Source: Rubripirellula sp. (GTDB lineage Bacteria; Planctomycetota; Planctomycetia; Pirellulales; Pirellulaceae). Taken from it: DNA of 64,000 nt. Within the stretch, counting starts at the first letter, position 1. Each line of letters opens with the position of its first letter. The stretch lies in NCBI GenBank assembly GCA_965216875.1, contig OZ244207.1, positions 64,001 to 128,000 on the forward strand, read 5' to 3'. The translations under genes were made by a program, and so were the position numbers. The notes below the pieces were generated by a model that was given only the letters and a program-made list of their open reading frames with translations, was not told the DNA's origin and ran no database searches. Positions 10,713 to 20,130 of this stretch are shown here, piece by piece.

Positions 10713-13700
10713 AAGTCAAAGACATTCAAATCGACGGCTTCGGTGTTTGGACCGGATTGTCAGTCGACTCGCTACCCGAAGGCATGACGTTGTTTTACGG
10801 CCCCAACGAGGCTGGCAAAACAACATTGATGCAGTTCATGCGAGCGATGCTCTATGGGTTCACACCCGAACGTCGCGAAAAGTACTTGCCGCCCGTGTAT
10901 GGCGGAACTCCCGGTGGTGCCGTTCGCGTCACCGGACCGGGTGGCGGTTACCAAATCCGCCGTCACAGCCAACTGACCGACAATGGAGTGATGGGCCAGC
11001 TTACGGTCACAGGCCAAGATGGCTTGAGCCAAGGCCAACATCGCTTGAGCAGTTTGTTGGGGCAAATCGACGAAGCGATTTTTACCAACGTGTTCGCGAT
11101 CGGTATGCGCGAATTGCAAGAGTTGAGCACGCTCGACGACACCGCGGCCGCTGACGAACTGTACAAACTCTCGAGTGGACTCGATCGCGTTTCACTTGTC
11201 GATGTCTTGCGATCGCTGCGCGGTGGACGCGCCGAATTGATCGGTCGGACACTTGTCGACGACGAAGCCGAGGCGTCGAAGTTGACGAGTCTGATTTCGA
11301 AACGAGAAAAGCTTCGCGATGAGGTCACCCAATTGACCAGCGGCGGACGCCGATGGAGTGAGCTTGCGGCTCAGCGTCGCACAGGCCAACAAGAAATCGA
11401 AGAGTTGACCGAGCGCATGTCGGCTTGGGAGCGAGAGTCTCGCTGTGTGGAGATCGCCACGTCCGTTTTCGAAACTTGGGAACAACGCGACGAAGCCGAA
11501 ACACTGATCGCCGAAACCGAAGCGGAAGCTCAACTGCCCGATGATGCGCCCGGCCAGCTCGTGCAAATCGACGCAATGATCGAAGAGCGGACAATCAAGC
11601 TTGAAGAGGTCAAGCAGAAGCGACGAGACATTCGCGACAAAGCGGAACAACTGCCGGTCAGTCGCCGGATGCTTGACCTGAAAGGACGCATCGAAGCGGC
11701 AACCGAGCAAGCAACGTGGGTCGAAGCGCTCGAAGAACAAATCGATCGCTTGGATCAACAGATCGAACGAGCCAAAAAGCAGCTCGACACCGACGCGGAA
11801 CGACTTGGGCTGGACGAGGAAGAACGCCACTCACTGGCTGGCGGTGACCTGTCGAAATTGCCCGATCTGTCACGGCAAACTCTTTCAGCACTCGCTGAAC
11901 CAGCAAAGAAAGTCAAAGAACAATCGTTCCTGTTGAAACAGGCACGCTCCGAAGGTGCTGAACACAAGCAGCGAGCCGACAAGCTTGGTCAGGAACTCAA
12001 GGAAACGCTCGACCGAGCCCGCGCGTCGGATCTGCAACAAGCGATTCGCCGCGAAAACGAAACACTTGCGACGCTTCGTCACCGCGCTCAATTGGGCGAG
12101 CACCTCGAGAAGCTGAAACGTCATTATCGCGACCTCGAAAAGGAAACGATCGATCTGACGGCCGACGAGACGCTGCCGGTTGACCGCTTGATCTTGCTTG
12201 CCCTGCCCTTCATCGGCGGCGGCATGTTCTCGCTTTATGGCGTTTTTCACCTGCTCGGTATCGAATGGTTTGTCACCGACCCCGATCCGACCTGGGGTTT
12301 GATTTGCCTGTTCATCGGCTTCATGTGCGGAGTGACCTATTACTTCGGTCGCGAGAACGGCCTGCGCAGCACAACACTCGAACGCGAGGATTGTGAGCGT
12401 CAGATCGATACGTTGCGAAAACAGATTCGCGAGGTCGAAGCAGAACGGAACAATGCCGATTCCACGTTGCCGACCAGTACAGAGTCGATCGACGTGCGGA
12501 TCCGCGAAACGGAACGTTTGCTTGCGGAACTCGAAGCCTCTTTGCCTACGTTCCACAACCACCAAGCAGCCATGCAATCGTATCGGTCGGCGCGCGATCG
12601 CGCCGCGGCCGCTACGCAAGGTGGTCGTGAAGCCAAGCGTCAATGGTCGGCCACGCTGGAAGAACTTGGACTGAGCGATTCGTTGACGCCTTCGTCGGTT
12701 CGCAAGTTGAGCGGTGGGTATGAAACGCTGCAAGCGAGTCTCCGTCGCGTTAGCGAACTGAACGCCGAAAAAGACCAACGTCGCCGCGAACGCCAATTGA
12801 TCGCCAAGCGAATCGAAACGCTGTACCTGGAAGCCCTTGAAGTGGGGGCTCAAGATGCCGCTGAGGATTCCGACGAAGAAGAGTACGAAACCGAACCAAC
12901 CGCGCCGCGTCATCGTCCACGCAGTGGTCCACTCGACCAGCTCAACCACCTGCACGAAGAGCTCTCGCGGCAACAACATTGGATCAAACGTCGCCGCGAA
13001 CTGAAGGAGCAAGACCAGCAACTTCGTCGCGCTCAGCAGTCGCATCATCGCGCGATGGAACGTGGCGAACAGCAACGTCGAGCGTTGTGGGCGAAGTGTG
13101 GCGTTGCCACGCCCGAACAGTTCTACGAGATGGTCGACTCCAAAGCGAGTCTCGCAGAACTCAATTCCCAGTACGACGAACTGGATGAGAAAGTCCGCTC
13201 GATGATCGGCCCGCACATGGAATATGACCATGTCGCCGCCGAAATCGAGGGTGCCAGCGCCGAGGACCTCGAGCGTCGTTGGGAATCGCTGACCACCAAG
13301 ATGTCTGAAACGGAAAGCCGTGTCGCCCAGTTGCGCACCGCGCAAGGCGAACTGGCTCAGGAGATGAAACACTTGGGCGACGACAAGCGTTTGACGACGG
13401 CCCGCTTGGAGTTGGGCTGTGTTGAACGGCAGATCGAATCGGCTTCACGTCGCTGGCAAACGCTGGCCACAGCAAGTTGTTTGTTGGAAGACGTTTGCGG
13501 CACGTTCGAGCGTGAACGCCAACCCGAGACATTGCGTGAAGCGTCGACATTCCTGTCGCAGTTGACCGATGGGAAGTACACGCGGATTTGGACACCGCTG
13601 GGGACCAACCAGCTCAAGATCGACGATCATGGCGGCAAGTCGCTTGCACTCGAAGTGCTTAGCCGGGGAACGCGTGAAGCGGTCTTCATCGCATTGCGTT

Positions 13701-14419
13701 TGTCGCTCGCCGCCGCCTACGCGCGACGCGGCGTGATGTTGCCGTTGGTTCTGGACGATGTCTTGGTCAACTTCGACCGCGACCGAGCCGTGCATGCGGC
13801 TCGGACGCTCAAGACGTTCGCTGAGCTTGGCCACCAAGTGATGATGTTCACCTGTCACGATCACATTGTCGATATCTTCCACGACATTGACGTGGAAGTG
13901 CGTTTGATGCCGGCTCAAGGTGAGCCAGGCCGAGCAACCGTGCTGCTTCCTGAAGAAATCGAGCCCGAGTACGAGGAAGAAGAGTACGAGGAAGAGGAAG
14001 AGGTCGAAGAGGAGGTTCTTGAGGATGTCGTCGAGGAAGAACCGGAGGTCGAAGCAGAGCCGATTGTGATGGTCGAGCCTGAACCGGAGCCCGAGCCTGA
14101 ACCACGAATCATCTACGTCGAAAAACCGAAGCCAAAGCCGAAACCCAAAAAACGAAAACGCCCTGAACCGATTATCATCGAGGATGTTTTCGAGGAGCCG
14201 GAGCCAGAACCTGAACCCGAGCCAGCCATCGGCTGGGCGTGGTTCGAACGTGATCCTGGTGCAAGGCTTGATGAAGTCGAAGATGCACTTGCATCAATCG
14301 CTCAAGATGAATGGATCGAAGGGTCCGATACCACTGGGGGTGAACCGATTCCAGACGACGTTTGGCATCGCAGCACATCCTGGTGGAATCCTGACTCGCC
14401 CGACCACCCGTCTAACTAG
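10709..14419 (+). CDS. YhaN-like SMC/Rad50-type AAA ATPase with central TM hairpin and acidic C-terminal tail
   Basis: IDGFG, Walker A GPNEAGKTT, long coiled coils, signature LSRGTRE, Walker B LVLDDVLVNFD, H-loop FTCH. Confidence 0.9.
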   Translation: MKVKDIQIDGFGVWTGLSVDSLPEGMTLFYGPNEAGKTTLMQFMRAMLYGFTPERREKYLPPVYGGTPGGAVRVTGPGGGYQIRRHSQLTDNGVMGQLTVTGQDGLSQGQHRLSSLLGQIDEAIFTNVFAIGMRELQELSTLDDTAAADELYKLSSGLDRVSLVDVLRSLRGGRAELIGRTLVDDEAEASKLTSLISKREKLRDEVTQLTSGGRRWSELAAQRRTGQQEIEELTERMSAWERESRCVEIATSVFETWEQRDEAETLIAETEAEAQLPDDAPGQLVQIDAMIEERTIKLEEVKQKRRDIRDKAEQLPVSRRMLDLKGRIEAATEQATWVEALEEQIDRLDQQIERAKKQLDTDAERLGLDEEERHSLAGGDLSKLPDLSRQTLSALAEPAKKVKEQSFLLKQARSEGAEHKQRADKLGQELKETLDRARASDLQQAIRRENETLATLRHRAQLGEHLEKLKRHYRDLEKETIDLTADETLPVDRLILLALPFIGGGMFSLYGVFHLLGIEWFVTDPDPTWGLICLFIGFMCGVTYYFGRENGLRSTTLEREDCERQIDTLRKQIREVEAERNNADSTLPTSTESIDVRIRETERLLAELEASLPTFHNHQAAMQSYRSARDRAAAATQGGREAKRQWSATLEELGLSDSLTPSSVRKLSGGYETLQASLRRVSELNAEKDQRRRERQLIAKRIETLYLEALEVGAQDAAEDSDEEEYETEPTAPRHRPRSGPLDQLNHLHEELSRQQHWIKRRRELKEQDQQLRRAQQSHHRAMERGEQQRRALWAKCGVATPEQFYEMVDSKASLAELNSQYDELDEKVRSMIGPHMEYDHVAAEIEGASAEDLERRWESLTTKMSETESRVAQLRTAQGELAQEMKHLGDDKRLTTARLELGCVERQIESASRRWQTLATASCLLEDVCGTFERERQPETLREASTFLSQLTDGKYTRIWTPLGTNQLKIDDHGGKSLALEVLSRGTREAVFIALRLSLAAAYARRGVMLPLVLDDVLVNFDRDRAVHAARTLKTFAELGHQVMMFTCHDHIVDIFHDIDVEVRLMPAQGEPGRATVLLPEEIEPEYEEEEYEEEEEVEEEVLEDVVEEEPEVEAEPIVMVEPEPEPEPEPRIIYVEKPKPKPKPKKRKRPEPIIIEDVFEEPEPEPEPEPAIGWAWFERDPGARLDEVEDALASIAQDEWIEGSDTTGGEPIPDDVWHRSTSWWNPDSPDHPSN

Positions 14420-14444
14420 CCTCACCCGTCAAAGACGCTCATCG

Positions 14445-15656
14445 ATGACCAACCGTGGCGCCGCTGCAACTTCCCTCGCGTTTGTTGGCGGTTCCGCCAT
14501 TTTGCCCGACCGTGTGATCGAAGACGCGGTCGTGGTCGCCAAAGCGGGCACGATTCGCTATGTCGGCAAAAGCAAAAAGTCGATCCCGAAAGCTGCAGAG
14601 ATCGTAGATCTCGGCGGCAGCTTCCTTTCGCCCGGGTTCGTGGACCTACACATTCACGGCGGCGCGGGTGCCGACGTGATGGATGGGACGGTCGATGCGG
14701 TTCGCACGGTTTGTGTTTCGCACGCCAAGCATGGCACGACAACGATCTTTCCCACAACCAGCACCGGTTCGCACGACCAAATCCTGGCGATGTTGAACGC
14801 CTGCAGCGAGTTGCAAAGCGGAGGGACGACCAGCGACGGCGCGGTGATTGGCGGCGTCCATCTTTACGGACCCTATTTCGCGCCCGACAAAGTGGGATGC
14901 CACAATCAATCTCAATGCCGCGATCCGAGGCGTGGTGAGTTTAAAGAATATTTCCAAACAGGCATCGTCAAGATTGCGACGTGCGCCGCAGAGCTACCTG
15001 GTGCGGCAGCGTTCTATCGCGAAGCAACCAAGCGTGATTGCCTAGTCACGTGCGGTCACTCCAATGCCACTTGGACCGAAATGCAAAAAGCGTTCGACGC
15101 TGGCATGCGACACGTTGACCATTTTTGGTGTGCGATGAGCAACGTGTCATCGGTGCGCAATCGCCTTGGCGTTCCGATGCAGGGCAGCATGCTTGAGTAT
15201 GTTTTGGCCAACCCCGAAATGAGCACCGAAGTCATCGCGGACGGAATGCACCTTGCTCCCGAGTTGCTTCGGTTTGCCTGGCAGATGAAAGGCACCAAAC
15301 GGTTGTGTTTGGTGACCGACTGCAACCGCGCACTCGACATGCCGGCTGGCCGCTACCGCTTTGGCCCCAAAAAAGACGGTTCGTGGTTCAAGAGTGATGG
15401 CAAGGTTGGTTGGGCAAGCGAAGGGTCATTGGCCAGCAGCGTGATGGGAATGGACCACATGGTTCGCACCATGCACCGGGCTGCCGAGATTTCGCTTTGC
15501 GATGCCGTTCGAATGGGAACGCTGACGCCCGCAGAGCGTGTCGGCATGCAGGACCAAATCGGTAGCCTGGAAAAGGGCAAACGTGCTGACTTGGTTGTTT
15601 TGAGTTCGCGGCTGAAGGTCAAACAGGTCTATTTGGGTGGCGAGCGATTCCGTTGA
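14445..15656 (+). CDS. nagA: N-acetylglucosamine-6-phosphate deacetylase-like amidohydrolase
   Basis: PGFVDLHIHG, HGTTTIFPT, GHSNA, IADGMHL, LVTD, LASS, GKRADLV; HLEGP replaced by HLYGP. Confidence 0.8.
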   Translation: MTNRGAAATSLAFVGGSAILPDRVIEDAVVVAKAGTIRYVGKSKKSIPKAAEIVDLGGSFLSPGFVDLHIHGGAGADVMDGTVDAVRTVCVSHAKHGTTTIFPTTSTGSHDQILAMLNACSELQSGGTTSDGAVIGGVHLYGPYFAPDKVGCHNQSQCRDPRRGEFKEYFQTGIVKIATCAAELPGAAAFYREATKRDCLVTCGHSNATWTEMQKAFDAGMRHVDHFWCAMSNVSSVRNRLGVPMQGSMLEYVLANPEMSTEVIADGMHLAPELLRFAWQMKGTKRLCLVTDCNRALDMPAGRYRFGPKKDGSWFKSDGKVGWASEGSLASSVMGMDHMVRTMHRAAEISLCDAVRMGTLTPAERVGMQDQIGSLEKGKRADLVVLSSRLKVKQVYLGGERFR

Positions 15657-15757
15657 GTCCGGCTTCGCAAATGGAAAGCACTCGTCGGCACTCGCTGGCA
15701 GGTATATTGGTCGGCTGAAACCTCGCCCCACTCCTGCCTTCGATCGAGCCCTCCCCC

Positions 15758-16651
15758 GTGATCCGTTCTGTGTTGTTTGCGATTCCATTCGCATTTATTT
15801 CGGCATCAACCTTGTTTGCCGGCCAACCCGTCATTGAACTCTGGCCCTCCGGGCTGCCTGCCGACGCAATCGAAATAGGTCCCGAGCGTGTCAATCAACT
15901 CAAAGCCGAGCGAACGGCCGAGAGAATCAAATTCGTCGACCAGCCCACGCTGACTGTGTTTCAACCCGACACAGAAAAGTCGAATGGGTGCGCCGTCGTG
16001 ATTTGCCCCGGTGGCGGCTACAACATTTTGGCTTGGCCCAAGGAAGGAACAGAAGTCGCCGAGTGGTTTAATTCAATCGGCGTCACGGCGTTTGTTTTGC
16101 AGTACCGTGTGCCCCGACGAGATCCGGATCGAATCCACTGGGAACCGATGCAAGATGTCCAACGAGCGATTCGTGTCGTGCGTCACCAGGCAAAGGACTG
16201 GAACATTGATCCGCAGCGAATTGGGACGCTTGGTTTTTCGGCTGGCGGTCATCTCACGGTGATGTCGGGCGTTCAGTACGAAACGAAAAGTTATGCTCCG
16301 TTCGACGAGGCGGACAACGTCAGCTGTCGCCCTGATTTCATTTGTCCGATTTACGCGGCCTATCTTGCCGATGGTTATCGCGATGACGTTGTCGAGCTTG
16401 GCGCACTGGTTACGGTCGACAAGAAAACACCGCCCGCGTTCCTCGCGGTGACGTGGGACGACAAGATGCGTGGCGCACAAAGTGCTTTATTGTTCGCCAA
16501 GCTAAAGGAACAGGGTGTGAAGGCCGAACTTCATGCGTTTACCCGTGGCGGTCATGGTTACGGGATTCGTAAGTCGGATCATGCTGTTTCAACGTGGCAT
16601 CATCAGTTGGCCGCTTGGCTTGACGCAATGGGTTTCCTCGAAAGGAAGTAG
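15758..16651 (+). CDS. Secreted alpha/beta hydrolase (BD-FAE/acetylxylan esterase-like)
   Basis: Signal peptide; ICPGGGY, GFSAGGH, GGHGYG. Confidence 0.9.
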   Translation: MIRSVLFAIPFAFISASTLFAGQPVIELWPSGLPADAIEIGPERVNQLKAERTAERIKFVDQPTLTVFQPDTEKSNGCAVVICPGGGYNILAWPKEGTEVAEWFNSIGVTAFVLQYRVPRRDPDRIHWEPMQDVQRAIRVVRHQAKDWNIDPQRIGTLGFSAGGHLTVMSGVQYETKSYAPFDEADNVSCRPDFICPIYAAYLADGYRDDVVELGALVTVDKKTPPAFLAVTWDDKMRGAQSALLFAKLKEQGVKAELHAFTRGGHGYGIRKSDHAVSTWHHQLAAWLDAMGFLERK

Positions 16652-16658
16652 TGCAGCA

Positions 16659-18008
16659 ATGTTTTCATTCATTCTTGGTGTCGCTGTCGTCGTCGCGAGC
16701 GTGACCGGCGATTCAGCTCAACGCAATGATTCGGACTATGCCATAGTCGTCTCGGCCGCGACCGCCGCGGATCCAGGTTGGCAGAAGGTGGTCCAGCAAC
16801 TCGAAACGAAACACTCCGGCACGGTCATCACATTTGATTCTCGCGTCGATGAAGAAAAGGTGATCTCTGCGCTACGAACGCAGTTTCCGAAATACACTTG
16901 TTTCGTCGCCAGGCCGAGTGAGGCGGGGCGCAAGTTCGTCGCTTCGGTGCATCAACTGACCCGCACGCTCGACGACGATCCTTACACCGACACGCGTTGG
17001 GCCATCTTGACCGGGTTCGACGCGAGCAATGCGTTGCAGATTGCGAAGCAAAGCGATCCGCTAGTCATCAAAAAAGTGGCCTCGGGGACGGAGTTTGCTA
17101 CCGAAATGGTGCAGGAGGGCATCTGGTATTGCGAACTAAACCAGAATCACATGGTCCGCAAGCAAGTCGGTGAGGTTGCCGAAGTGCTGTCCGGACCGGC
17201 CGACACGACGAAACCACTCGTCGACACGTTGAACGATTATCACGCGGATCTGTTCATCACCTCGGGGCACGCAACGGAGCGAAATTGGCAAATCGGTTTT
17301 CGCTACAAGAACGGGACGTTTCGCTCCAAAGCGGGGCTGCTGTACGGCAAAGACACGCAAGGAACTGAGTTTCCGGTGGTCTCGCCCAATCCCAAAGTCT
17401 ATTTGCCAATTGGAAATTGCCTGATGGGTCACATCGATGGCGGGGATGCGATGGCGCTTGCCTGGATGCACTCGGCAGGTGTTCACCAGATGATTGGCTA
17501 TACCGTTCCCACTTGGTTTGGTTACGGCGGGTGGGGATGTCTTGATTATTTCGTCGAACAACCGGGGCGCTACACCTTTGTCGAAGCCTTTCATGCGAAC
17601 CACCACGCGCTGGTGCACTGTCTTGAAACGAAAACCGGCAACCAACGTGGGCTCAGTTTCGATCGGGACGTGGTTGCCCTTTACGGAGACCCCGCCTGGT
17701 CGGCGACCATGGCCCCAATGCCGACTGCCTACGAACAATCGCTCAAGATCGACGGCGAGATGTACGAACTGACCATCAAAGGAAATCGCGGCGCGTCCTC
17801 CTTTGAACCAGTGAACACCAACGGCGCGCAGCGTGGCTGGCGCCCCGTCGTTCAGTTTTTGCCACATCGAGTTAAGAATGTGACAGTCATCGAGGACAGC
17901 GACCTTTCCGCCGTTGTGACGGACGATTTCGTCTTGGTGCCCAACCCTCGAAAGTACGAGCCGACCAAATCGTACGTCGTGAAATTCAAAGCCGAACGAA
18001 TTGATTAG
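16659..18008 (+). CDS. Secreted hypothetical protein, probable clan CD (C25 gingipain-like) cysteine peptidase fold
   Basis: Hydrophobic N-terminus; LFITSGHA, VYLPIGNC, MIGY, LYGDP in clan CD order. Confidence 0.55.
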   Translation: MFSFILGVAVVVASVTGDSAQRNDSDYAIVVSAATAADPGWQKVVQQLETKHSGTVITFDSRVDEEKVISALRTQFPKYTCFVARPSEAGRKFVASVHQLTRTLDDDPYTDTRWAILTGFDASNALQIAKQSDPLVIKKVASGTEFATEMVQEGIWYCELNQNHMVRKQVGEVAEVLSGPADTTKPLVDTLNDYHADLFITSGHATERNWQIGFRYKNGTFRSKAGLLYGKDTQGTEFPVVSPNPKVYLPIGNCLMGHIDGGDAMALAWMHSAGVHQMIGYTVPTWFGYGGWGCLDYFVEQPGRYTFVEAFHANHHALVHCLETKTGNQRGLSFDRDVVALYGDPAWSATMAPMPTAYEQSLKIDGEMYELTIKGNRGASSFEPVNTNGAQRGWRPVVQFLPHRVKNVTVIEDSDLSAVVTDDFVLVPNPRKYEPTKSYVVKFKAERID

Positions 18009-18125
18009 AGCCAGCTGATTAAGATAGTGTGACGACTTCGCACGGCCAGCACGTCGCGAGGCCTGACATGCCGACGCCCGGAGCGGTGTCTTTTTTGAAA
18101 CCCCGCAGGTAGGCGGACCAAAGTT

Positions 18126-19076
18126 ATGGCGATTCAATTCACCTGTACCTCTTGCGGGAAGAAGATGCAGGCTCCCGATGGGGCCGCTGGCAAGCAGGCG
18201 ATCTGTCCGTCATGTGCGACCATGGTCACTGTGCCAAAGCCTGCTGGCGGCGCACCTGCGGGGACGGCGCCACCGGCCGGCGGCCAAGGGACACCCGCCG
18301 CGAAACCGGAGACCATTGACTTCAAGTGCGTCTCGTGCCAAACGAGTATTCGCACACCGGCGTCGGCTGCGGGCAAACAGGCAAAGTGCCCAAAGTGCGG
18401 CGCGGTGGTTGTCGTCCCGACAAAGTCACAAGCCAAATCGGCATCGCCACCGCCGCTGGGCCCAGCGCCGACGCCACCTCAGCCGACGCCACCACAACCG
18501 ACTCCTCCCGCACCAACGCCCCCAGCACAAAAACCGTCTTCGGTGTTTGACGAAATGGGAGCCTCGTCGACGTCTTCCTCAGGCGGCGATTTGTTCGCGG
18601 GTGTTCCCAGTACGCCGCCCGCGGCGCCGCGAACTCCGGCACCGGCGCCTTCCTATCGTCCGCCACCAGCGAATCCCTATGCGGCTCCCGCCCAACCAGC
18701 ACAGCGTAGTGTCCGGGACATCGACAGCATGCTTCGAACTCCGGCAATGATTTTGTCGGTGCTCGCCGGAATCCACTTGGTGCTGAACATCATTGGGGGC
18801 GTGCTGCAGACGATCCTGTTAGTCTCTGCCAACGGGGACCCGGTCGAGATCATATCGAGGATTGTTGGGAGCGTGATTGGGATTTGCGTTCACGGGGTGA
18901 TCATTTCCGGCTGCAGTTCGATGATGCAGCGCAGGAACATCGGTATGGCTTGGGCCGCGATGATCCTCGGCGTCATCCCTTGTTTCTGCTCCCCTTGCCT
19001 CATCTTGGGCATCCCGTTTGGGATCTGGGGCATGGTGGTCCTCAGCAAACCGGAAGTCAGCAGCTCGTTCCGTTAG
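18126..19076 (+). CDS. Double zinc-ribbon, Pro-rich linker, C-terminal membrane domain protein
   Basis: CTSC..AAGKQAICPSC and CVSC..AAGKQAKCPKC; NPYAAP; 3-4 TM helices ending GIPFGIWGMVVL. Confidence 0.85.
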   Translation: MAIQFTCTSCGKKMQAPDGAAGKQAICPSCATMVTVPKPAGGAPAGTAPPAGGQGTPAAKPETIDFKCVSCQTSIRTPASAAGKQAKCPKCGAVVVVPTKSQAKSASPPPLGPAPTPPQPTPPQPTPPAPTPPAQKPSSVFDEMGASSTSSSGGDLFAGVPSTPPAAPRTPAPAPSYRPPPANPYAAPAQPAQRSVRDIDSMLRTPAMILSVLAGIHLVLNIIGGVLQTILLVSANGDPVEIISRIVGSVIGICVHGVIISGCSSMMQRRNIGMAWAAMILGVIPCFCSPCLILGIPFGIWGMVVLSKPEVSSSFR

Positions 19077-19093
19077 AGTGATTGGCGCGCAAA

Positions 19094-19222
19094 GTAGGGT
19101 GCCGTGCTTGCACGCACCTTGCAGAGCTCTCAAGTCTGGGAACGCTGATCCTTGGAATCGAACACTAATGAATGTGCCCCTGCTCGGCCTGATCCGTGTT
19201 CGATGAGTGTTGATTCGTGGTT
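19094..19222. repeat. Single GTAG REP copy plus degenerate palindromic element
   Basis: gtagggtgccgtgcttgcacgcacc (cf. 4428-4452); cgaacactaatgaat..atccgtgttcgatgagtgttgattcgtggtt. Confidence 0.6.
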
Positions 19223-19352
19223 TGTTTCCCCGAGAGGCCAGCTGGTCTGCCGGCATCACGACAAAAAGAGAACACGATCACATGGACAGCACCGAGACCA
19301 ACGATCGCGGTTGCACGCTTCCCGATCACTCATGCTGTTGCAAACAAACACG

Positions 19353-20081
19353 CTACCTGGATTGCGGTGTGAGCGTGTCTTCCCACTCAAGACCGCCGGG
19401 CAATGCGTGGGCGGCAAATTCGAGATGGATCACGCGCCGATTCGATGGAGCGGATGCGGCGCTCGATGCGTGCAGTAGTAACGGCCGCATGACCACGACC
19501 CCGCCCGCATCGGTCAAGCAGGTCACTTCGTTGACGCGTTCTTTCCATTGGTCCATCTCATCGTCGAGCCAGCCGTGACAATGTGATCCGGGCAGGACAC
19601 GCAGCGGTCCGTTTTCGGCTCCACAATCATCAAGGTGAATGCGAATCGCCAACATCTCGGCCATCACTTCGGCTGGCGGTTGAACCTGCATCACGCCCGC
19701 CTTTTCGCTCCACGCTTCGAACCCATCGACGTCGATCCGACGCTTGACCGCGATGACACTGTCTTGGTGGTAGCCAAGCTTCCAATTCGCATCGGGCGGC
19801 TTATCAAAAAAGACTCCACGAACCGCCATCGTCGTTGGTCCCAGCACTGATTGGGCGATCGAAAAGATGCGATCATCGAGCGCGATCTGCCGAGCCTCGG
19901 GGAGCACAGCGAGCAAGTTGCGGATGCCGTAGACACCGCGTTTGCGCCGCACAGCGTCACTTTCCGGCATCTTGGTCACCGCTTCGCGCAAGTTCATGAC
20001 CGCGTCTCGGTCGATCACCGAGTCAACGATGGCAAATCCATTATTCTCGACTTGTGCGACGACGTCGGTTGCAACAGTCAA
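19353..20081 (-). CDS. Phytanoyl-CoA dioxygenase (PhyH) family Fe/2OG oxygenase
   Basis: FDKP..NWKLGYHQD (HxD), RIHLDD, NGPLRVLPGSH, LLHASS, RRVIHLEF; TTG start. Confidence 0.92.
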   Translation of the reverse strand: MTVATDVVAQVENNGFAIVDSVIDRDAVMNLREAVTKMPESDAVRRKRGVYGIRNLLAVLPEARQIALDDRIFSIAQSVLGPTTMAVRGVFFDKPPDANWKLGYHQDSVIAVKRRIDVDGFEAWSEKAGVMQVQPPAEVMAEMLAIRIHLDDCGAENGPLRVLPGSHCHGWLDDEMDQWKERVNEVTCLTDAGGVVVMRPLLLHASSAASAPSNRRVIHLEFAAHALPGGLEWEDTLTPQSR

Positions 20082-20130
20082 TCGAATCTCCAGCGGGTTG
20101 TTGGGAAGAGAACGTTCGCGCTGCCCAGCA

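Noticed and set aside
11885..13372. 495-aa minus-strand ORF
   Set aside because: Antisense shadow of the coiled-coil ATPase
9468..14419. Call as a known defence system (Wadjet, Lamassu)
   Set aside because: No kleisin/KITE subunits or effector genes; layout fits YhaO/YhaN
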